From a virus: DNA of 64,000 bases. Positions 17,901-27,969 of this stretch are shown piece after piece. The stretch covers positions 5,606 through 69,605 of IMG/VR virus record IMGVR_UViG_3300044712_001933, one strand, 5' to 3'. How positions within the stretch are numbered: the stretch's first letter is position 1; the number at the start of each line of letters is the position of its first letter. Below the pieces are notes generated by a model. It was not told where the DNA came from. It was given only the letters and a program-made list of their open reading frames with translations, and did not search any database. The position numbers and the translations under genes were made by a program.

Positions 17901-20447
17901 TTAGCCTGGGAGATCTGGCAGTGCCGTTATCGGAGGGCCGGAATATTCCACGTAAGTAAATACCTCAATGACCCCATTGAACTCGTCCTGAACTTGCCCC
18001 TCGAGCGGGTCGGGACCGTCGTCATGCAACCAGAGCTTGAGCTGGGCGGAGAACTGGTACTGCCGGGCCCCGTTGGTAGTCCAGAAGAACGAGTACTCCG
18101 GATCTCCAGGATTGGTCCCTCCAATAGGATAGTAACGAACCAATGACCGGCCTTGAAAATCGGGGTCGTGGGCGAACTTGTCGACGACTTCGTTCTGCAA
18201 AAGAGTCCTGTGGAATTCCATCCACCCCTCCAGGGGGGCGTACTTCCCGGTGTTGTAGTCGAACGTGAGCGGCCAGAAAAACTTCGAGATGATGCATCGT
18301 GTTTGGGCGTTTTCCGGAGGATTCTGCCCAGTCCACTCGTCGACAACAGTGGTCGTGGTCGGCGGAGGAGTGGCGCCCGAACAAATGAGATTGGGAAGAC
18401 TGGCGGCCTTCAAAACGAAGTCGTCAGCAGTCTTAAAATTGAAGTACTTGTTGGTCGACGCCACCGCGGTCCATTGAGACTCATACGCCGCGGGAATGTT
18501 GTAGCCGAGAACGTAGACCGCTATGCCGTCATCCTTCAGAGCGTCAGCCCGAAGAACGGCGTCCTCGACGGCTGCGGCAATTGCCGCTTCCCCGTCCGAG
18601 ATGTCCCCACCGATCTTGACGTTCATAGGCCCGCCGTCGGTGAGCACAACCACAACTTTCTGAGCGCCGGCCCTCGTCATGGTGCCTGCGACTTCGCGCT
18701 GAGCCGCAAGCAGCGCTCCAGAGACTCCCGTGTCCCCACCCGAGCGCAAGTCGTCGAGCTTTCGCTTCACGAGAGCGATATCGCCCGTCTTGCCCTGATT
18801 CACCGTGACATCTTCGAGCTGGTTCGCGTAATCCCCGGCGAACGACACGAGCGCCGCTTGATCGCCGGCCGCCAGAGAGTCCAAGAGGACGCTCGAGGCG
18901 AGCTTAATCTGATCGAGCCACGTTCCGGGCCATTTGGAAGACCGGGTAGAATCAGACCGATCAGCAACGATAACCAGGTCCAAAGGGGCGTCGAGGCAAA
19001 CCGCTTTGACAGTGAAAGAGGCCGCCGCCGTCAGAGAGCCAAAAGTAGCAATGATCGAAGCGGTACCGAGACCCAGGCCGACAGCTTTGCCAGCAGCAAC
19101 AGACGCCCGGGCCGTGCTAGACGAAGACCACGAACACGTCGAGGTAACGTCCTCCCGAGACCCGTCCACATAGGACACCTCCGCCCGGAACTGCCAGGTC
19201 TTGCCGACCTCGACAGTGGCGGCCGCCGGCAAAACAGCCAGCGACTTAGGAGTCTTGGAAACGGGTGGCACGTAAATGTTGTCCCCATCACCGGGATCCT
19301 CCGTGGTAGTGTCGTGGGTGACCTCATCGATAGAGTGCCATTTCAACGACAAATGCTCGGTGCTGGCCTCGATAAGGCAGCAGCCGTAGTCGGAGTTGTA
19401 ATGGTAGGAGCTGCCCGTGACAGGAGACCCAAAAGCACCCGGTGACCACTGTCCCCCGAGACCGTTGACTGCATAGATGATACCATCCCGCGAAATCTCC
19501 TCGTAGGTGGGAGAGGCGGATGAAAGGACCAGCTTAACTCCCCAGGTGGCAAAGGGCCATCGAAGACCAGAATACCCATGGTCGACCATGTTGCCGGACG
19601 TGTAGGGGCAGTTATATAAAACGACGATCGGCCAGGGGCAGTCCGAATTCTCGGCCACGGAACGAGCCCAGGCATACTGCGGCGAGGTCGTGGGATCCTG
19701 ATGACTGAGGATCTCCTCGCCGTCCAACATGATAAAGTGGCAAGGGCCATACTTGAAATCGTAATAGCCGAGGTTCCCATTAAAACCGTAGAATTCGCGC
19801 CACGCGTCAATGTCAGCAGCGTTGGCTTCCCCGTAACCACGGGCAGGGAAGAAAAGCTTCTGACCAGGACCGCGGCCGTAGGGGCCGACATATTGGCCGA
19901 TATAGGGCCAATACCAGCGGCCGACCAGTTCGTCATAGACCGAGTATTTACTGGTCTGTCCAGCATTTTCAGCAATGGCGTTGCCCGAGTGAACAACGAA
20001 CATCGGATCCAGCTTCTGGACAAGATCCGAGACAAGATCAGAAGGCTGGCTGATGCCGGCAGTATTGCCCACCCAAGCAAATCGGATGAACCCAAGAGTT
20101 TGATTCCCAACTCGACCCCCACAGATGAGTGGGCGAGACCGGCGGAGGATGGTATAAAGCCGGCCTCCGGTGCCGATGATCGGCGTCGTGCGGGCTTCCA
20201 GATCGTTGTTTAAAATGTTGGCCTGCCGGATCAAGCACGGGGCACTGTCCAGGCTGTCCTCGCTCAAGACCACCCGCTCATACCCGGGGGCGTTGCGAAG
20301 GGTGCCGCGGGAAACGCGCACGTTACGCGCGACGGTGATGGCGCGCTTGTACTGACTTTGCTGACGGCCGGTCAAAGACGATGGCGCGGCCGTGACCAAT
20401 CCGATGGTAGGGGCGTCGACAGTGACTCGTTGGAGGTTGGGCTTCAT
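17901..20447 (-). CDS. Nozzle N-terminal segment fused to inactive metallophosphoesterase, Ig-like (Big_2) and vWA domains
   Basis: Start MKPNLQ 1 nt after the upstream stop. NVRVSRGTLRNAPGY; phosphoesterase scaffold; SLAVLP..VEVGKTWQF..WSSS; DLVIVADRSDS/LTDG MIDAS. Confidence 0.75.
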   Translation of the reverse strand: MKPNLQRVTVDAPTIGLVTAAPSSLTGRQQSQYKRAITVARNVRVSRGTLRNAPGYERVVLSEDSLDSAPCLIRQANILNNDLEARTTPIIGTGGRLYTILRRSRPLICGGRVGNQTLGFIRFAWVGNTAGISQPSDLVSDLVQKLDPMFVVHSGNAIAENAGQTSKYSVYDELVGRWYWPYIGQYVGPYGRGPGQKLFFPARGYGEANAADIDAWREFYGFNGNLGYYDFKYGPCHFIMLDGEEILSHQDPTTSPQYAWARSVAENSDCPWPIVVLYNCPYTSGNMVDHGYSGLRWPFATWGVKLVLSSASPTYEEISRDGIIYAVNGLGGQWSPGAFGSPVTGSSYHYNSDYGCCLIEASTEHLSLKWHSIDEVTHDTTTEDPGDGDNIYVPPVSKTPKSLAVLPAAATVEVGKTWQFRAEVSYVDGSREDVTSTCSWSSSSTARASVAAGKAVGLGLGTASIIATFGSLTAAASFTVKAVCLDAPLDLVIVADRSDSTRSSKWPGTWLDQIKLASSVLLDSLAAGDQAALVSFAGDYANQLEDVTVNQGKTGDIALVKRKLDDLRSGGDTGVSGALLAAQREVAGTMTRAGAQKVVVVLTDGGPMNVKIGGDISDGEAAIAAAVEDAVLRADALKDDGIAVYVLGYNIPAAYESQWTAVASTNKYFNFKTADDFVLKAASLPNLICSGATPPPTTTTVVDEWTGQNPPENAQTRCIISKFFWPLTFDYNTGKYAPLEGWMEFHRTLLQNEVVDKFAHDPDFQGRSLVRYYPIGGTNPGDPEYSFFWTTNGARQYQFSAQLKLWLHDDGPDPLEGQVQDEFNGVIEVFTYVEYSGPPITALPDLPG

Positions 20448-20448
20448 T

Positions 20449-21408
20449 CTAGTACCAGTATTCGACATAGACGTAACCCGAGGAGCCCGCAGATCCGTTG
20501 GCGCTGACCTTAGCGGAGCCGCCGGCGCCCGGGCAGATAAGAGCAACCCCACCATCGCCAGGCCGGCCACCGAGGCCGCCTACACCAGTTGCGAGCTGGG
20601 TAGCTGTGCCGCCCTCTCGCTTCAGTCCACAGATACCGTGTTGAGGGTCCGAAAACGTATACGAAGCGAGGGCTCCGCCGGACCCGGGGGCTATGTTATT
20701 GCCGGACAACCCCCCGGGAGCTTTAACCCAGCGGTTTTCCGAAATCTTAACCTGCGTGAGGCCCCCATCGGTCGCCTCCGTGCTGTTCGTTTGTCCAACA
20801 CCGCCCAGCCCCACCCAAATAGTCAGAAGATCTCCAGGAGAAACGGCCATGTTGACGTCGAAGTAGGCACCCCCGCCACCACCCCATGCGGTTGCTCCAG
20901 TAGCCCCACCACCACCAGGGCCCTGCCCCCGAATCCTCAAACGCGTCACGCCAGACTTATTGTTTTCTTCGTCGGCAGCGGGCACTGTAAACGTGTACTG
21001 TGCGACAGCCTGGCCCTCAACAAGGGTACGAGTAGCGTTAGCGTTGGTGATCTGATCCGTTGCGTGGTCCCAAATAGCGCTCGCGTCGGCTTCGAACCAC
21101 GCCGCGTACAGCTGAGTCCCGATCGGAGGATCCACTTGATGCACGGACGTCACCAGGCCCTTGGAATTGACCGTGACCCGGTTGCCGGTCATCGTCCCGC
21201 TCGAGGCGCCCGGAGAAGGCTCAAGGCTCTTAAGGGCGCTGGGAGGAATGACGTTCGTCTGCCAATCCCCCGTCTCAGGCACCCAATACCGGCTTACGAA
21301 ATTGACCAGGTGCGCTTTAAGCTGGCAAATCCAATACGCCCCGCGCTTAACCTGATCGTCGTTACTAGGCTGACCAATTTTGAAATCTTCCCCGAAATAT
21401 CCTGGCAT
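20449..21408 (-). CDS. Tail fibre/spike protein with glycine-rich C-terminal domain
   Basis: VTVNSKGLVT, GPGGGG..GGGGGAY, VSPGDLLTIWVGLGG, GSSGYVYVEY. Confidence 0.7.
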   Translation of the reverse strand: MPGYFGEDFKIGQPSNDDQVKRGAYWICQLKAHLVNFVSRYWVPETGDWQTNVIPPSALKSLEPSPGASSGTMTGNRVTVNSKGLVTSVHQVDPPIGTQLYAAWFEADASAIWDHATDQITNANATRTLVEGQAVAQYTFTVPAADEENNKSGVTRLRIRGQGPGGGGATGATAWGGGGGAYFDVNMAVSPGDLLTIWVGLGGVGQTNSTEATDGGLTQVKISENRWVKAPGGLSGNNIAPGSGGALASYTFSDPQHGICGLKREGGTATQLATGVGGLGGRPGDGGVALICPGAGGSAKVSANGSAGSSGYVYVEYWY

Positions 21409-21414
21409 AGTCTG

Positions 21415-22047
21415 TTAACCCCCCATTCTATTTAATCTACTCGATAATTTGCGTTTTTCATCATCCCCGGCCGCTTCCCGAAACCTCCGCGCGTAAACGG
21501 TCTCCCAGTCGACAGACAGCGGATCGTTGAGCTCCTCAAAAGCCACCGCTTTCACCTTGGCTTTCAGCATTTCTGGGTAATTCGTCAACAGAGAATTCGT
21601 GCTGGCTTCGAACTCGAGGTCGGGCAGAAACCGATAATAAGAAAACGTGAACACCAGATTGTCCGAAGGCTGCCCAAGGACGTTCAGAGTCTTTTCGACT
21701 CCGTCCTCGTCGTTGTCCAGATAAACCGGGAAATTGCTGCGAGACAGCCCGAACCGGGCCACGTTATCGCGATCGACGACATCACACGGAACACCAAAGC
21801 GGGTGCCGTCCGAGAGCCACACGGCCGGCTTCGTAGGCGTGAACTCCTTGAAGTCGGCCGGCAGTGCCGCCGACGAATTCCCAGAAAGGATCGTGACGGT
21901 GCCGGTGTGCTTCATGCAATACCAGGAGCGGTCCCGGCAAATGGCCCGGAGCGCGGTGTTAATCCAGACCGGGTACATGTCGGCCAGGTCCGGCCGGCAG
22001 ACGCCGATCTCCAATGTGCGAGTGAGATCTCTACGGGTTACAATCAT
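21415..22047 (-). CDS. Head-tail adaptor (tail tubular protein A-like)
   Basis: WINTALRAI..W, LPADF, YY..LPDL..NSLLTNYP motifs; follows the capsid gene. Confidence 0.75.
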   Translation of the reverse strand: MIVTRRDLTRTLEIGVCRPDLADMYPVWINTALRAICRDRSWYCMKHTGTVTILSGNSSAALPADFKEFTPTKPAVWLSDGTRFGVPCDVVDRDNVARFGLSRSNFPVYLDNDEDGVEKTLNVLGQPSDNLVFTFSYYRFLPDLEFEASTNSLLTNYPEMLKAKVKAVAFEELNDPLSVDWETVYARRFREAAGDDEKRKLSSRLNRMGG

Positions 22048-22060
22048 AATTAGTACAATG

Positions 22061-22108
22061 AAAAAGCCGCCGAGGGTCAGAAAGACCCAGGGCGGCTTGA
22101 CCCCCTTT
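22061..22108 (-). terminator. Terminator after the capsid operon
   Basis: AAGCCGCC..GGGTC/GACCC..GGCGGCTT plus T tract. Confidence 0.7.
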
Positions 22109-22150
22109 GAGGCTAAACGCCTCCCCTACCGACACTACACGTACCAAACA

Positions 22151-22306
22151 CTAGTTTCCGACACTGTCGGGAGCATCTTTGGGCATATTCTGCCGGTCAA
22201 TCTCGTCGACAGATTTCTTCGGAGGAATACCCCCAAGAATCTTGGTATACTCGGGCGTTTCGACGCCACTTTTGACACTAGAACTCGCTTTTTTAGAATC
22301 GGCCAT
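22151..22306 (-). CDS. 51-aa hypothetical protein
   Basis: MADSKKASSS...; GGAG RBS; below the ORF-track cutoff. Confidence 0.55.
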   Translation of the reverse strand: MADSKKASSSVKSGVETPEYTKILGGIPPKKSVDEIDRQNMPKDAPDSVGN

Positions 22307-22307
22307 A

Positions 22308-22598
22308 CTACTTTATCTCCTTGACGTTAAACTGCTTGTTGTCTGCGCACCTCCGCAAATTCTCGGCCAGTTTCGGATCATCCGTAACCATAGACGAGAT
22401 CGGGAGATATCCACCAAACGCTGAGCGGAGCAGCGGAAACGTGTAACTCGTACCGTCCGCAAACTTGATCTGCCCGCCCACTCCAGAGAGCTGCTCAAAC
22501 TTCCAGGTAGGCTTTTTTTCCTCTGGAGGAGTGACAGGCCCGGGCGATTTATCGACCAGGGCCTTGGTTGGTTGCACAACTTTTTTAGGGTCAGCCAT
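22308..22598 (-). CDS. Hypothetical head-associated protein
   Basis: 96 aa directly after the capsid gene. Confidence 0.6.
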   Translation of the reverse strand: MADPKKVVQPTKALVDKSPGPVTPPEEKKPTWKFEQLSGVGGQIKFADGTSYTFPLLRSAFGGYLPISSMVTDDPKLAENLRRCADNKQFNVKEIK

Positions 22599-22641
22599 AA
22601 TGTGTCAGTAGGGTGAAACCGTAAATTAGGTCAGACGACTA

Positions 22642-23961
22642 CTAAGTCGCGCTGATGGCGCCGAGGCCCTTGGCATAGCCGAAGGCGTTGGCAAACTTGA
22701 GCTTGAGGCCCAGCTTAGCCCGGAACTGTTCCTCGTACTTATCAGTACCAGGCAGTTGGATGTTGGGCTCGAGGAACAGAGGCTCCATCGATTTTTGGAC
22801 GACCATGGCCAGGTCGACCACGAACATCCAGGTGACGAAGCTGGGAATTTCCTGCAGCAACGGATGGAACGCCAGATCAAGAACACCGAAAGGCGTGTTG
22901 ATCGTGGTGATGTTCATGCCCCAGACCGTCTCCTGGTTCATAATCCGGAACCCATTCGTGGCGCTATTCGCGAAAGTGGAAATCGCGGCATACGCCGAAG
23001 GGCCGGCCAGCGCCAACTTAGCATCCGATCCGTAAACCATGAAGCTTCGCAGCCACTCGTTGAACGCAGCGAGCGTCACTGTGCCGGTGCCGAGAAGCGC
23101 ATTGGCGGACAGGCCAGCGGCCTCGATGGCGCCCTTGATGCCGCCCGTGTAATATTCGTAACCGTTAGACCCAGCCTTGCGGACTTTAGTCCCCAACAGA
23201 TAGGCCAATTCGATATCCTTGGCGATGGACTCGAGCGCCTGCAGCCGACGCTGACGGAGCGGGCCGGCCTGGTCGGTGCGCAGTTTTTGGCCTTTGAAAG
23301 CGTTGGTCAGGTTCACCGCGCTGTTGAAAGTCTGGATGTAGTTGGTCAACAGGTCGGGCTCCTCAAACTTTGCGCGGACGGGACCGGTGCCTTCGTCCTT
23401 ACCCAACGTGACAATCACCAAAGGATCGCCGGCCAACAGAACATAGGTGCTCGCACCAGTGCCCGGGGTCGCACCCGTACCAATCTGCGCGTCCGTATAA
23501 TTCATCCGGCGATACGTCTTAACCGTATCAGTCGTGGGCGTATCTCGAACCTGGATGTATTCACCCGTGGTCATGTTGTACAACACGGTACCTTTGTCGA
23601 GGTACTTCCAAGCCTCAGTGCCGGTGCCATCCGCAGTAGTGGACATCACGATCACGTCGCTGGTATCACCGCGATCGATAGTACTCGACGCACCATCACT
23701 GGTGACATACGCAGGGTTGGCGGTCTTTACATACAGCGTTCGGCGGAGCGGATCCCTTTCGAACCAGCTAAATTCAGTATTCTCGGCATTCTCGGTCTTG
23801 AGGCGACTCATCAAACCGAAAAGGGTGGTGCCGACGTTCATCCCTTTCGCATTTCGGATCAAAATCGTCCGTTGATACTCGCCCACCAAATCAGCATTAC
23901 GGCTAAGATCAACCTGATTACCCGAATTAGTAGCCAACAGCCCTGCAACAGCACTTCCCAT
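22642..23961 (-). CDS. Major capsid protein (SU10/DUF5309-like, HK97 fold)
   Basis: FSWFE, NYIQTF, KDIELAYLLG, TGGI, INTPFGVL, LGLKLK; follows the scaffold; AAGGGG RBS. Confidence 0.9.
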   Translation of the reverse strand: MGSAVAGLLATNSGNQVDLSRNADLVGEYQRTILIRNAKGMNVGTTLFGLMSRLKTENAENTEFSWFERDPLRRTLYVKTANPAYVTSDGASSTIDRGDTSDVIVMSTTADGTGTEAWKYLDKGTVLYNMTTGEYIQVRDTPTTDTVKTYRRMNYTDAQIGTGATPGTGASTYVLLAGDPLVIVTLGKDEGTGPVRAKFEEPDLLTNYIQTFNSAVNLTNAFKGQKLRTDQAGPLRQRRLQALESIAKDIELAYLLGTKVRKAGSNGYEYYTGGIKGAIEAAGLSANALLGTGTVTLAAFNEWLRSFMVYGSDAKLALAGPSAYAAISTFANSATNGFRIMNQETVWGMNITTINTPFGVLDLAFHPLLQEIPSFVTWMFVVDLAMVVQKSMEPLFLEPNIQLPGTDKYEEQFRAKLGLKLKFANAFGYAKGLGAISAT

Positions 23962-24104
23962 ATTTTCCCCTTGTTAATTTCCCTTGTTGTTCTAGAAGCC
24001 CTTAAGAGCCCCATTAATCCCTCTACTGTTACAATAAAAGACCCGAGCCGCTACAGCAACTCGGGTTTGATTGTTTTAATCAGAAATCAAAGAAGGGCTT
24101 GACT

Positions 24105-25322
24105 CTAATCGAGCAACGTAGCAGCAACATTCTTGTGAAAATCAGGCAGCGCGCCGCTAGGGGCAACTGCAGAAGGTGAATTTGCTGTCGGGGGCTTTAT
24201 CGGAGGAGCTCCAGAGACGCCAGGCGCGCCAGAAGCAGCCGCGGCCGGTCCGGACGCCGCAGGAGGGGGAGTCACCGGAGTTTGTGCCGGGGCCTTGCGG
24301 GCCTTCACAGCATCCTTCCAGGTGTTTGTGGCCGTCGGGTTCCACGCCTTGTACTGCTGCTGCAAAATGGCGTTGGTCTGGCGGTCCACCTCAGCCATAA
24401 ACTGTTTGCCGGACATGCGGGCGACCTCGTTCGGGTATTGCCGGGCGAGCTCCTCAGCCACGTTTCGAGTGAGCTCGATATGCTCCGCGTACTCTGGGTA
24501 AGTCGTCAAAAACGCCTGTTCGGTCGCAACTCGATCCAACTGCTCCTGCTGAGAAACGACATTGTTGAGCCGCTGAATATGGGGCGAGAGTTGTTCAAAG
24601 ATCCCCTTGCGGGCCAGCAAGACCGACTGTGCCACGATCCGGGCGTTGTAGTCGCCCAGGGCCTTGAGGGCGTCCTCGCCGCCGGCCAAAATGGTTTCGA
24701 GCTCCTCGGGCTTGATCGCCACCCGGTCCGTGATGGCGGCCGAGAGCTCTTTAACAAAAGCCGCTTCCCTCTCCGCGATTTCCTTCTTCTGCCGCTCGAT
24801 TTCCTCCGGCGACGGAGGAGCCGGCGGAGCCTTCGGCTCGGGCTTCAATTGCGGAGCCTCCTGGGCCTTCAAAATGGTGGCCAGCTGCTCTCGCGTGTAT
24901 TTCTTGCCGTCGATCTCGATGTCGTCCGCCGGCGGAGGCCCTGACGGACCGCCTTGAGGCTTAGACGGCGGCAACGTGGAGGCTCCAGAGACGCCCGGAC
25001 CGGAATGACCCGGCGCCGACGCTCCAGTGGGCCCTGTTGGGCCGAGTCCGGGCGGAGGGGTCACGGACGGACCGGAAACACCGGGAGGACCAGACGCCCC
25101 AGAGGTAGCGCCCGAGGATCCAGAGGCGCCGGAAGCGCCACGCTGGGCAAACTCCGGGATGTTAGTGGACGCGCGAAGGCGGCCTTCCTCGGCGTTAATG
25201 AAAGCCATTCCGCCCTCATCGCCGTCGGGCAGGGCGTCGATCGCCGAAATCGGGGCGAACGGGGTTTCTGTTGAAGTGTCGGCCGCGAGGGCCGGTTTGT
25301 CAGTCGAGTTTTCCAGAGGCAT
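24105..25322 (-). CDS. Capsid scaffolding protein
   Basis: Acidic/Pro-rich N-terminus, IEIDGKKYT, long helices; lies between portal and capsid. Confidence 0.75.
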   Translation of the reverse strand: MPLENSTDKPALAADTSTETPFAPISAIDALPDGDEGGMAFINAEEGRLRASTNIPEFAQRGASGASGSSGATSGASGPPGVSGPSVTPPPGLGPTGPTGASAPGHSGPGVSGASTLPPSKPQGGPSGPPPADDIEIDGKKYTREQLATILKAQEAPQLKPEPKAPPAPPSPEEIERQKKEIAEREAAFVKELSAAITDRVAIKPEELETILAGGEDALKALGDYNARIVAQSVLLARKGIFEQLSPHIQRLNNVVSQQEQLDRVATEQAFLTTYPEYAEHIELTRNVAEELARQYPNEVARMSGKQFMAEVDRQTNAILQQQYKAWNPTATNTWKDAVKARKAPAQTPVTPPPAASGPAAAASGAPGVSGAPPIKPPTANSPSAVAPSGALPDFHKNVAATLLD

Positions 25323-25563
25323 ACAGTTCCTTTATATGTGGAGTGTCTTTTTTATGTAAAATATCCAGTGCTTGCCGTAAACCGGCGATCTGGCCCTGCA
25401 GTTTGTGGAGCTCTTCAGGAGCCACGGTCTCCAGGCGCTTCACGCACTTGGTCACTTCCGCGACCAACGCGTTGTGCAGCATCCGCTGCGCAAAACTTAG
25501 AGGAAATCTGTCCCAGGTTTTACGCTCATCGTCCGGATGAATGGGGGCCGAAACCAATTCCAC
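25300..25563 (-). CDS. Small helical protein after the portal
   Basis: LHKLQGQIAGL motif; conserved podovirus position. Confidence 0.6.
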   Translation of the reverse strand: MELVSAPIHPDDERKTWDRFPLSFAQRMLHNALVAEVTKCVKRLETVAPEELHKLQGQIAGLRQALDILHKKDTPHIKELYASGKLD

Positions 25564-25576
25564 AAAATATGCAATT

Positions 25577-27664
25577 TTAGAGCCCTAATCCGCCTGGCCG
25601 AGGCTGGCTCGGACCGAGCGCGGGCAGTTTTATCTGAGGCAACGCAGGAGCGGCCGGGTTTTCCGGCGCAGGCCCAGGCGGCTGACCAGGTCCAGCAGGC
25701 GAAGGCATGCCGGGAGGTCCAGCAGGCGCCACCGGAGGCCCTGCGGCCCCTCCAGGCTGATAAGGAGCCGGCAAGCTCGCAGCAGGATACTGGAAATTGT
25801 CCAAATCGATGCCGGAGGCTTTGGCGGCGCCAAAAACGAGCTTCCGAGGATCCAAATTCCCAGGCGCCGGCGCAAAGATCTGCGGGAAGGCCCCGACGGT
25901 CTCGAGAATTCGAGTGATCGCCGCGACTTTTTTTCCGTCCGTACCAGGCAGGGTTCCGTCGTGCGCGACAAAATCAAAACTCCCCTGAATCGTGTCCCGG
26001 GAAATAGCCAACGAAGCAACTCCCTGCAGCGCGGCCGGCGTGTCCAGATTAGGCTGGAAGCGCAGGATCTGCGGAACGTCTAAAAATTGCTGAAAGTTAC
26101 TGACGAATTGCTGAGTCTGGCCGACGAGGGCCTGGGTGCTCAGCAACCTGGCAACCGAGCTCATGCGCCCGGCAGACATTTGCTGGGTGCCGGCGAATTG
26201 CGTCGCAGAATCCGCGTCAGAGCTCATCGATCCCTGCATCGAGCTGTTCGCCCCGGTCACGCTTTCGCTAAACATCAGGAATTGCATCATCTCTTCCTGG
26301 AAGTTTTCAGTGAGGTCTTTGATCGGGACCTGTTGGATCGCTTCGCTGATCTTCATCCCGGTCGCGTTGGGCTTTAGGACGATCAGCATGCCCTCTTTTT
26401 CGGGATCCAGGAAGTCCTCGATCTCGACATACTCCGGGTTCGCGATGAACACGTTGCCGACGGTGCGCGCGATGGCTTCTTGGTGCCGATTTTTTAAATA
26501 ATCGACATGGTCCTGAAGCCCCTTCAGAAGGGTGATCCAGGAAGGCGAAAATTGGTAGTGCGCAAACGGCCGGCCCTCGGCGACAGAATAGGGGAAAACC
26601 CCGTGGGCGTAGGTGGATTCGTTGACAGCCAGCAAAACGTCCTCGCCGGCGATTAAAAATTGGAAAACAGACGACTCCTCACCGTCGTGGATCTCGTGAT
26701 CCACCGGCACCAGCTTGACCCACAGCTCCCAAACGTCGAAAATCCCAGGGTCTTTTTGGTTGCCCGTCTCAGGAAGCCCCAGGTCGCTGGTGGATCGGGT
26801 ACGCTCGTACTCCGTACGGCTGACCTCGCTCGTGGAAGACGTCGGCGAACCGCTGCCCGAGACCATGGCTTCGATCGAGGGCGTCTTGGCGGCGGCCTTT
26901 TTCTCCTTCAGCTCGGCTACTGCGCTTGGTAAAACATACGACGGATGGTCGATGGGCAGTTTAGACCGGCGCTCGAGGTCGTGGTAAGCGATCCGAGTCT
27001 TATGCCCGCAGAAACGCATGTCGTTCAGGCGCCACAAGGGCAGGGCAGGGTCAGCCACCCAGTCATAGGGGCTTACCAGCTCGGCACGATTGTACCCGCC
27101 GATCACTTTGGTCTTGCGGACCGGCCGAAAATACGTGGAAGGGACGCCCGTCTCGGGGTCGACCTCCTCCGGATCCATCACCGACTCCTGGACTACTTCA
27201 CTCCCGTACAGGGGCGCCCAAGAGTTGTAAAAAATGCCACGGTTGGCGACAAGGCAGTCCTGCACCCAGAGATACCCCAACGTGTAAAACGGCTGGCGCT
27301 CCGCGTTCCATTTGAGCAGTCGATTGACGTGCTCCGCCGGAATTTCATCCTCTGGGCCACGGGGCTCCACTTTGTGCGGGGTGTCCTGGCCAAACAGCAC
27401 CTGGGCGATGTAGGTCGCCATGGTGGTTATCTGGGTTGCCGACATCGGCAGCACATACCTGCGCGGGTGCCCTTTCGCGAGCTTGACGTAGTCGTCCCGC
27501 GTCAGGGGCGCGTAGCACATAAGCGCATCATAAGCAACATCAAAGTCGCCGGTCCAATATTCGACCGCACCACGACCAAGCCGCAGGTAGTCCTTAGCGA
27601 CTTTGGTGATGTCCTCGCGGAATTTTTTCTCCCGCTCGATGCGCCGGGCCAGAAGCCTGTCCAT
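25577..27664 (-). CDS. Portal protein
   Basis: 695 aa; VEPRGPED, VSPYDWVADP, VWELW, FPYS, SVTG...SAT; Pro-rich tail. Confidence 0.9.
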   Translation of the reverse strand: MDRLLARRIEREKKFREDITKVAKDYLRLGRGAVEYWTGDFDVAYDALMCYAPLTRDDYVKLAKGHPRRYVLPMSATQITTMATYIAQVLFGQDTPHKVEPRGPEDEIPAEHVNRLLKWNAERQPFYTLGYLWVQDCLVANRGIFYNSWAPLYGSEVVQESVMDPEEVDPETGVPSTYFRPVRKTKVIGGYNRAELVSPYDWVADPALPLWRLNDMRFCGHKTRIAYHDLERRSKLPIDHPSYVLPSAVAELKEKKAAAKTPSIEAMVSGSGSPTSSTSEVSRTEYERTRSTSDLGLPETGNQKDPGIFDVWELWVKLVPVDHEIHDGEESSVFQFLIAGEDVLLAVNESTYAHGVFPYSVAEGRPFAHYQFSPSWITLLKGLQDHVDYLKNRHQEAIARTVGNVFIANPEYVEIEDFLDPEKEGMLIVLKPNATGMKISEAIQQVPIKDLTENFQEEMMQFLMFSESVTGANSSMQGSMSSDADSATQFAGTQQMSAGRMSSVARLLSTQALVGQTQQFVSNFQQFLDVPQILRFQPNLDTPAALQGVASLAISRDTIQGSFDFVAHDGTLPGTDGKKVAAITRILETVGAFPQIFAPAPGNLDPRKLVFGAAKASGIDLDNFQYPAASLPAPYQPGGAAGPPVAPAGPPGMPSPAGPGQPPGPAPENPAAPALPQIKLPALGPSQPRPGGLGL

Positions 27665-27667
27665 TAA

Positions 27668-27964
27668 TTAAACTTGTCCCTCTCGGGGCTTTATCGGATT
27701 AATTATTTTAACGGCAGGACCCAGACTCCCGTCCGCATTTTTTATGTGCAGAAGAATCGAGCCGTCCTGTTGCGTCACGGCCTGGTACTCAGGTGAGGCG
27801 TTGCCGGCCAATCCAGGCGGCATAAGGCCCGGCAAAGACGGTACGGGTGCTGTCGCACGCACGTCATCCATCATGGGGCTCAAAGGGCGCCCGGAGCCGG
27901 GGACCGCCGCGGGCATCGTTTGCCCACCCCCGGTCCCGGAGCCTAAATAGTCGAGGAGTGCCAT
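27668..27964 (-). CDS. Hypothetical protein
   Basis: 98 aa between terL and portal. Confidence 0.6.
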   Translation of the reverse strand: MALLDYLGSGTGGGQTMPAAVPGSGRPLSPMMDDVRATAPVPSLPGLMPPGLAGNASPEYQAVTQQDGSILLHIKNADGSLGPAVKIINPIKPREGQV

Positions 27965-27969
27965 AGTGA

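Noticed and set aside
17897-17903. Stop read-through joining the two nozzle ORFs
   Set aside because: The next ATG is 4 nt after TAA and out of frame; no slippery site seen.
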